From Alphaproteobacteria bacterium (GTDB lineage Bacteria; Pseudomonadota; Alphaproteobacteria; UBA828), in NCBI GenBank assembly GCA_965214705.1, contig CBDCCI010000002.1, positions 832,001-896,000 on the forward strand: DNA of 64,000 bases, written 5' to 3'. This document shows positions 62,053 to 64,000 of this stretch, piece by piece. Each line of letters starts with the position of its first letter. Positions within the stretch are counted from its first letter, which is position 1. The translations under genes were made by a program, and so were the position numbers. The notes under the pieces were generated by a model. It saw only the letters and a program-made list of their open reading frames with translations, was not told where the DNA came from and searched no databases.

Positions 62053-63054
62053 TCAGGTTTCTCCCACCGGAGACGATTCGGTGTTGCCGCGGCGGTAATC
62101 GCGCAGATAGGTCGGCAGAATCAGCTCGGCCGCCGTCGCGTCGACCCCGAGGTCGGCGAGCCCCAGCGCGTCCGGGGCAACGACGTTGTCGATCCTGAGC
62201 AGCTTGACCTGGTCCGGCGTCAGCGGCGGGATCGGCGCGAACTGCAGAAACTTCGCCATCACCGCCGCCGCGAAGAATGGCACGGGCACGTAGAGCGCAG
62301 CGCGGCCTGTTTCGGAGGCGACCAGCGCCATCAGCTCGGCGTAGCTGTAAATCGAGGGCCCGCCGAGCTCGTAGGTCTTGCCCTGCGCTGCGTCGCTGCT
62401 CAGCGCCCGCTGGGTGGCCTCGGCGATGTCGCCAACGAAGACCGGCTGGAACCGCGTGGTGCCCGCCTCGAACTCGGGCGTGAGGAACAGCCCGTCGAGC
62501 TTCATCTTCGGCATGCCGTCGAAGAACAGCGGCAGCGCCGGGACCAGACGCACCATGGACGCGAAGCGGTTGAAGAAGTCGTCCTCCGGCCCGAACACTA
62601 GGCTCGGCCTGAAGATGGTGGTGTCGGGGAACGCCTCCCTGACCGCCGCCTCGCCGGCGGCCTTGGAGCGCGCGTAGTCCGAGGGCGAGGTCGCATCGGC
62701 GCCGATCGCCGAAATGTGAAGCACATGCACGACGCCAGCCTCCGCCGCCGCGCGCGCGATGCGGTCGGCCGACGCCACGTGGACGGCGTAGAAGTTCTGC
62801 CGGCCGCGTTCGTAGAGGATGCCGGTCAGATTGATGACGGCATCTGCCCCTGCGACGGCACGCCGGACCGAGTCCTCGTTGCGCACGTTGGCCTGAACCG
62901 GGACGACCTGGCCGACATCGCCGCACGGGCGCAGGAATCCGGCCAGCTCCGGCCGCCGCGTCGCAATACGGATGCCGTAGCCCTCCTGCGCGAGCCGTTG
63001 GACAATGTGGCGCCCGAGAAACCCGGTCCCACCGAAGATTGTGACGATTTGCAA
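62053..63054 (-). CDS. complex I NDUFA9-family atypical SDR
   Basis: VTIFGGTGFLGR, GDVGQV, SAIGAD, YARSK..GE, RPS.VFG.ED.F.NRF; probable TTG start 63054. Confidence 0.9.
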   Translation of the reverse strand: MQIVTIFGGTGFLGRHIVQRLAQEGYGIRIATRRPELAGFLRPCGDVGQVVPVQANVRNEDSVRRAVAGADAVINLTGILYERGRQNFYAVHVASADRIARAAAEAGVVHVLHISAIGADATSPSDYARSKAAGEAAVREAFPDTTIFRPSLVFGPEDDFFNRFASMVRLVPALPLFFDGMPKMKLDGLFLTPEFEAGTTRFQPVFVGDIAEATQRALSSDAAQGKTYELGGPSIYSYAELMALVASETGRAALYVPVPFFAAAVMAKFLQFAPIPPLTPDQVKLLRIDNVVAPDALGLADLGVDATAAELILPTYLRDYRRGNTESSPVGET

Positions 63055-63181
63055 GTCGGCCCCGCTCGCTCGTCCCTGCCGTTGACGCGCCCCGACTATT
63101 AGCCCGGATGTCTCACCGATGTCACGGCCTGCGTCGCGCAGGCGTTGACCCTGGTGAGAGTTCCGGGCTAGGCAGCACGCC

Positions 63182-63799
63182 ATGGCTCAGCACCTCCATC
63201 GCGGCGACCTGCCGCCGGGGCTCACCTTCGGCGATTCGGTGGCGATCGACACCGAGACGATGGGCCTCAACCCGCATCGGGATCGGCTCTGCCTGGTGCA
63301 GCTCTCGCGCGGCGACGGCGACTGCCATCTCGTGCAGTTCCCGCCGGGCGAGCCCGTCGACGCGCCCAATCTGGCGGCGCTGCTGGCCGACGAGGCGGTG
63401 CTGAAAATCTTCCACTTTGCCCGCTTCGACATCGCGGTGCTGGAGCACGCGCTCGGGGTCTGCTGCGCGCCAGTCTATTGCACGAAGATCGCCTCGCGCC
63501 TTTCGCGCACCTTCACCGACCGCCACGGCCTCAAGGACCTTTGCCGCGACCTGCTGGGCGTCGAGATATCCAAGCAGCAGCAATCATCCGACTGGGGTGC
63601 AGACCAGCTCTCCTCGAACCAGCTCGACTACGCCGCGAACGACGTCCTCCACCTGCACCCGCTCAAGGAGAAGCTCGACGAGATGCTCGCCCGCGAGGGA
63701 CGCGCCGAGCTCGCCGAGGCCTGCTTCGCCTTTCTGCCCTACCGCGCCCGCCTCGATCTCCAGGGCTGGCCCGAGGTGGACATCTTCGCTCACGATTAG
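63182..63799 (+). CDS. rnd: ribonuclease D (stand-alone 3'-5' exonuclease domain)
   Basis: AIDTETMGL...RLCLVQL, FHFARFD, SKQQQSSDWG, YAANDV. Confidence 0.92.
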   Translation: MAQHLHRGDLPPGLTFGDSVAIDTETMGLNPHRDRLCLVQLSRGDGDCHLVQFPPGEPVDAPNLAALLADEAVLKIFHFARFDIAVLEHALGVCCAPVYCTKIASRLSRTFTDRHGLKDLCRDLLGVEISKQQQSSDWGADQLSSNQLDYAANDVLHLHPLKEKLDEMLAREGRAELAEACFAFLPYRARLDLQGWPEVDIFAHD

Positions 63800-63936
63800 C
63801 CTGGTTGTTTCACCGGACCCCCGCCCGCCTGCCGCAGACGGCGGGGAGAACGACGGGCCCATCGTAAGCCTTGGCAATGCTTCTCTGCCAGCGCTAGCCT
63901 TGTTCATCCACCGGGCTGATCGACGGGGGCCGCGCC

Positions 63937-64000
63937 ATGTACGACGCAATCGTTGTGGGGGCGCGGTGTGCCGGCGCCTCTCTTGCGATGCTTCTCTCCC
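63937..64000 (+). CDS. FAD-dependent oxidoreductase, N-terminus only (truncated by window end)
   Basis: MYDAIVVGARCAGASLAMLLS Rossmann start; GGGGG upstream. Confidence 0.75.
   Translation, partial: MYDAIVVGARCAGASLAMLLS

Noticed and set aside
63818-63846. Imperfect hairpin after rnd as a terminator
   Set aside because: Mismatched stem and no U-tract; weak support

Overview
High-GC bacterial chromosomal segment, most likely an alphaproteobacterium (Rhodospirillales-like). The gene orders gltD-gltB, gyrA-coaD-queA-tgt and yajC-secD-secF-Mth938 are typical of that group. The left half (1-33.7 kb) is a dense accessory catabolic region. It holds uraH-xdhA-xdhB; a Rieske oxygenase + NicX-like dioxygenase + TorT-like ABC importer + amidohydrolase unit; a long co-oriented block (hydantoinase A/B, two TPP enzymes, carbohydrate-type ABC importer, Zn-ADH, SnoaL, LarA-like protein, lipoprotein); and a TauD + (R)-amine-transaminase-like + divergent orphan GroEL unit facing a PhyH dioxygenase. 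The right half is mostly core genes (yajC-secDF, trmFO, uvrA/ssb, gyrA, coaD, queA, tgt, gltDB, uppP, rnd), with a purine deaminase/PuuD/hpnE insert. I found no rRNA, tRNA, CRISPR array, transposase or integrase, and no recognisable transcription factor. The most notable oddities are the candidate N-heterocycle catabolic unit with a TorT-like ABC binding protein, a GroES-less divergent GroEL, YajC with a lipobox and a 45/53 acidic tail next to SecF with a polybasic tail, an in-frame split puuD, and a probable ATC start for uraH. All family assignments come from motif recognition by eye; no searches were run.
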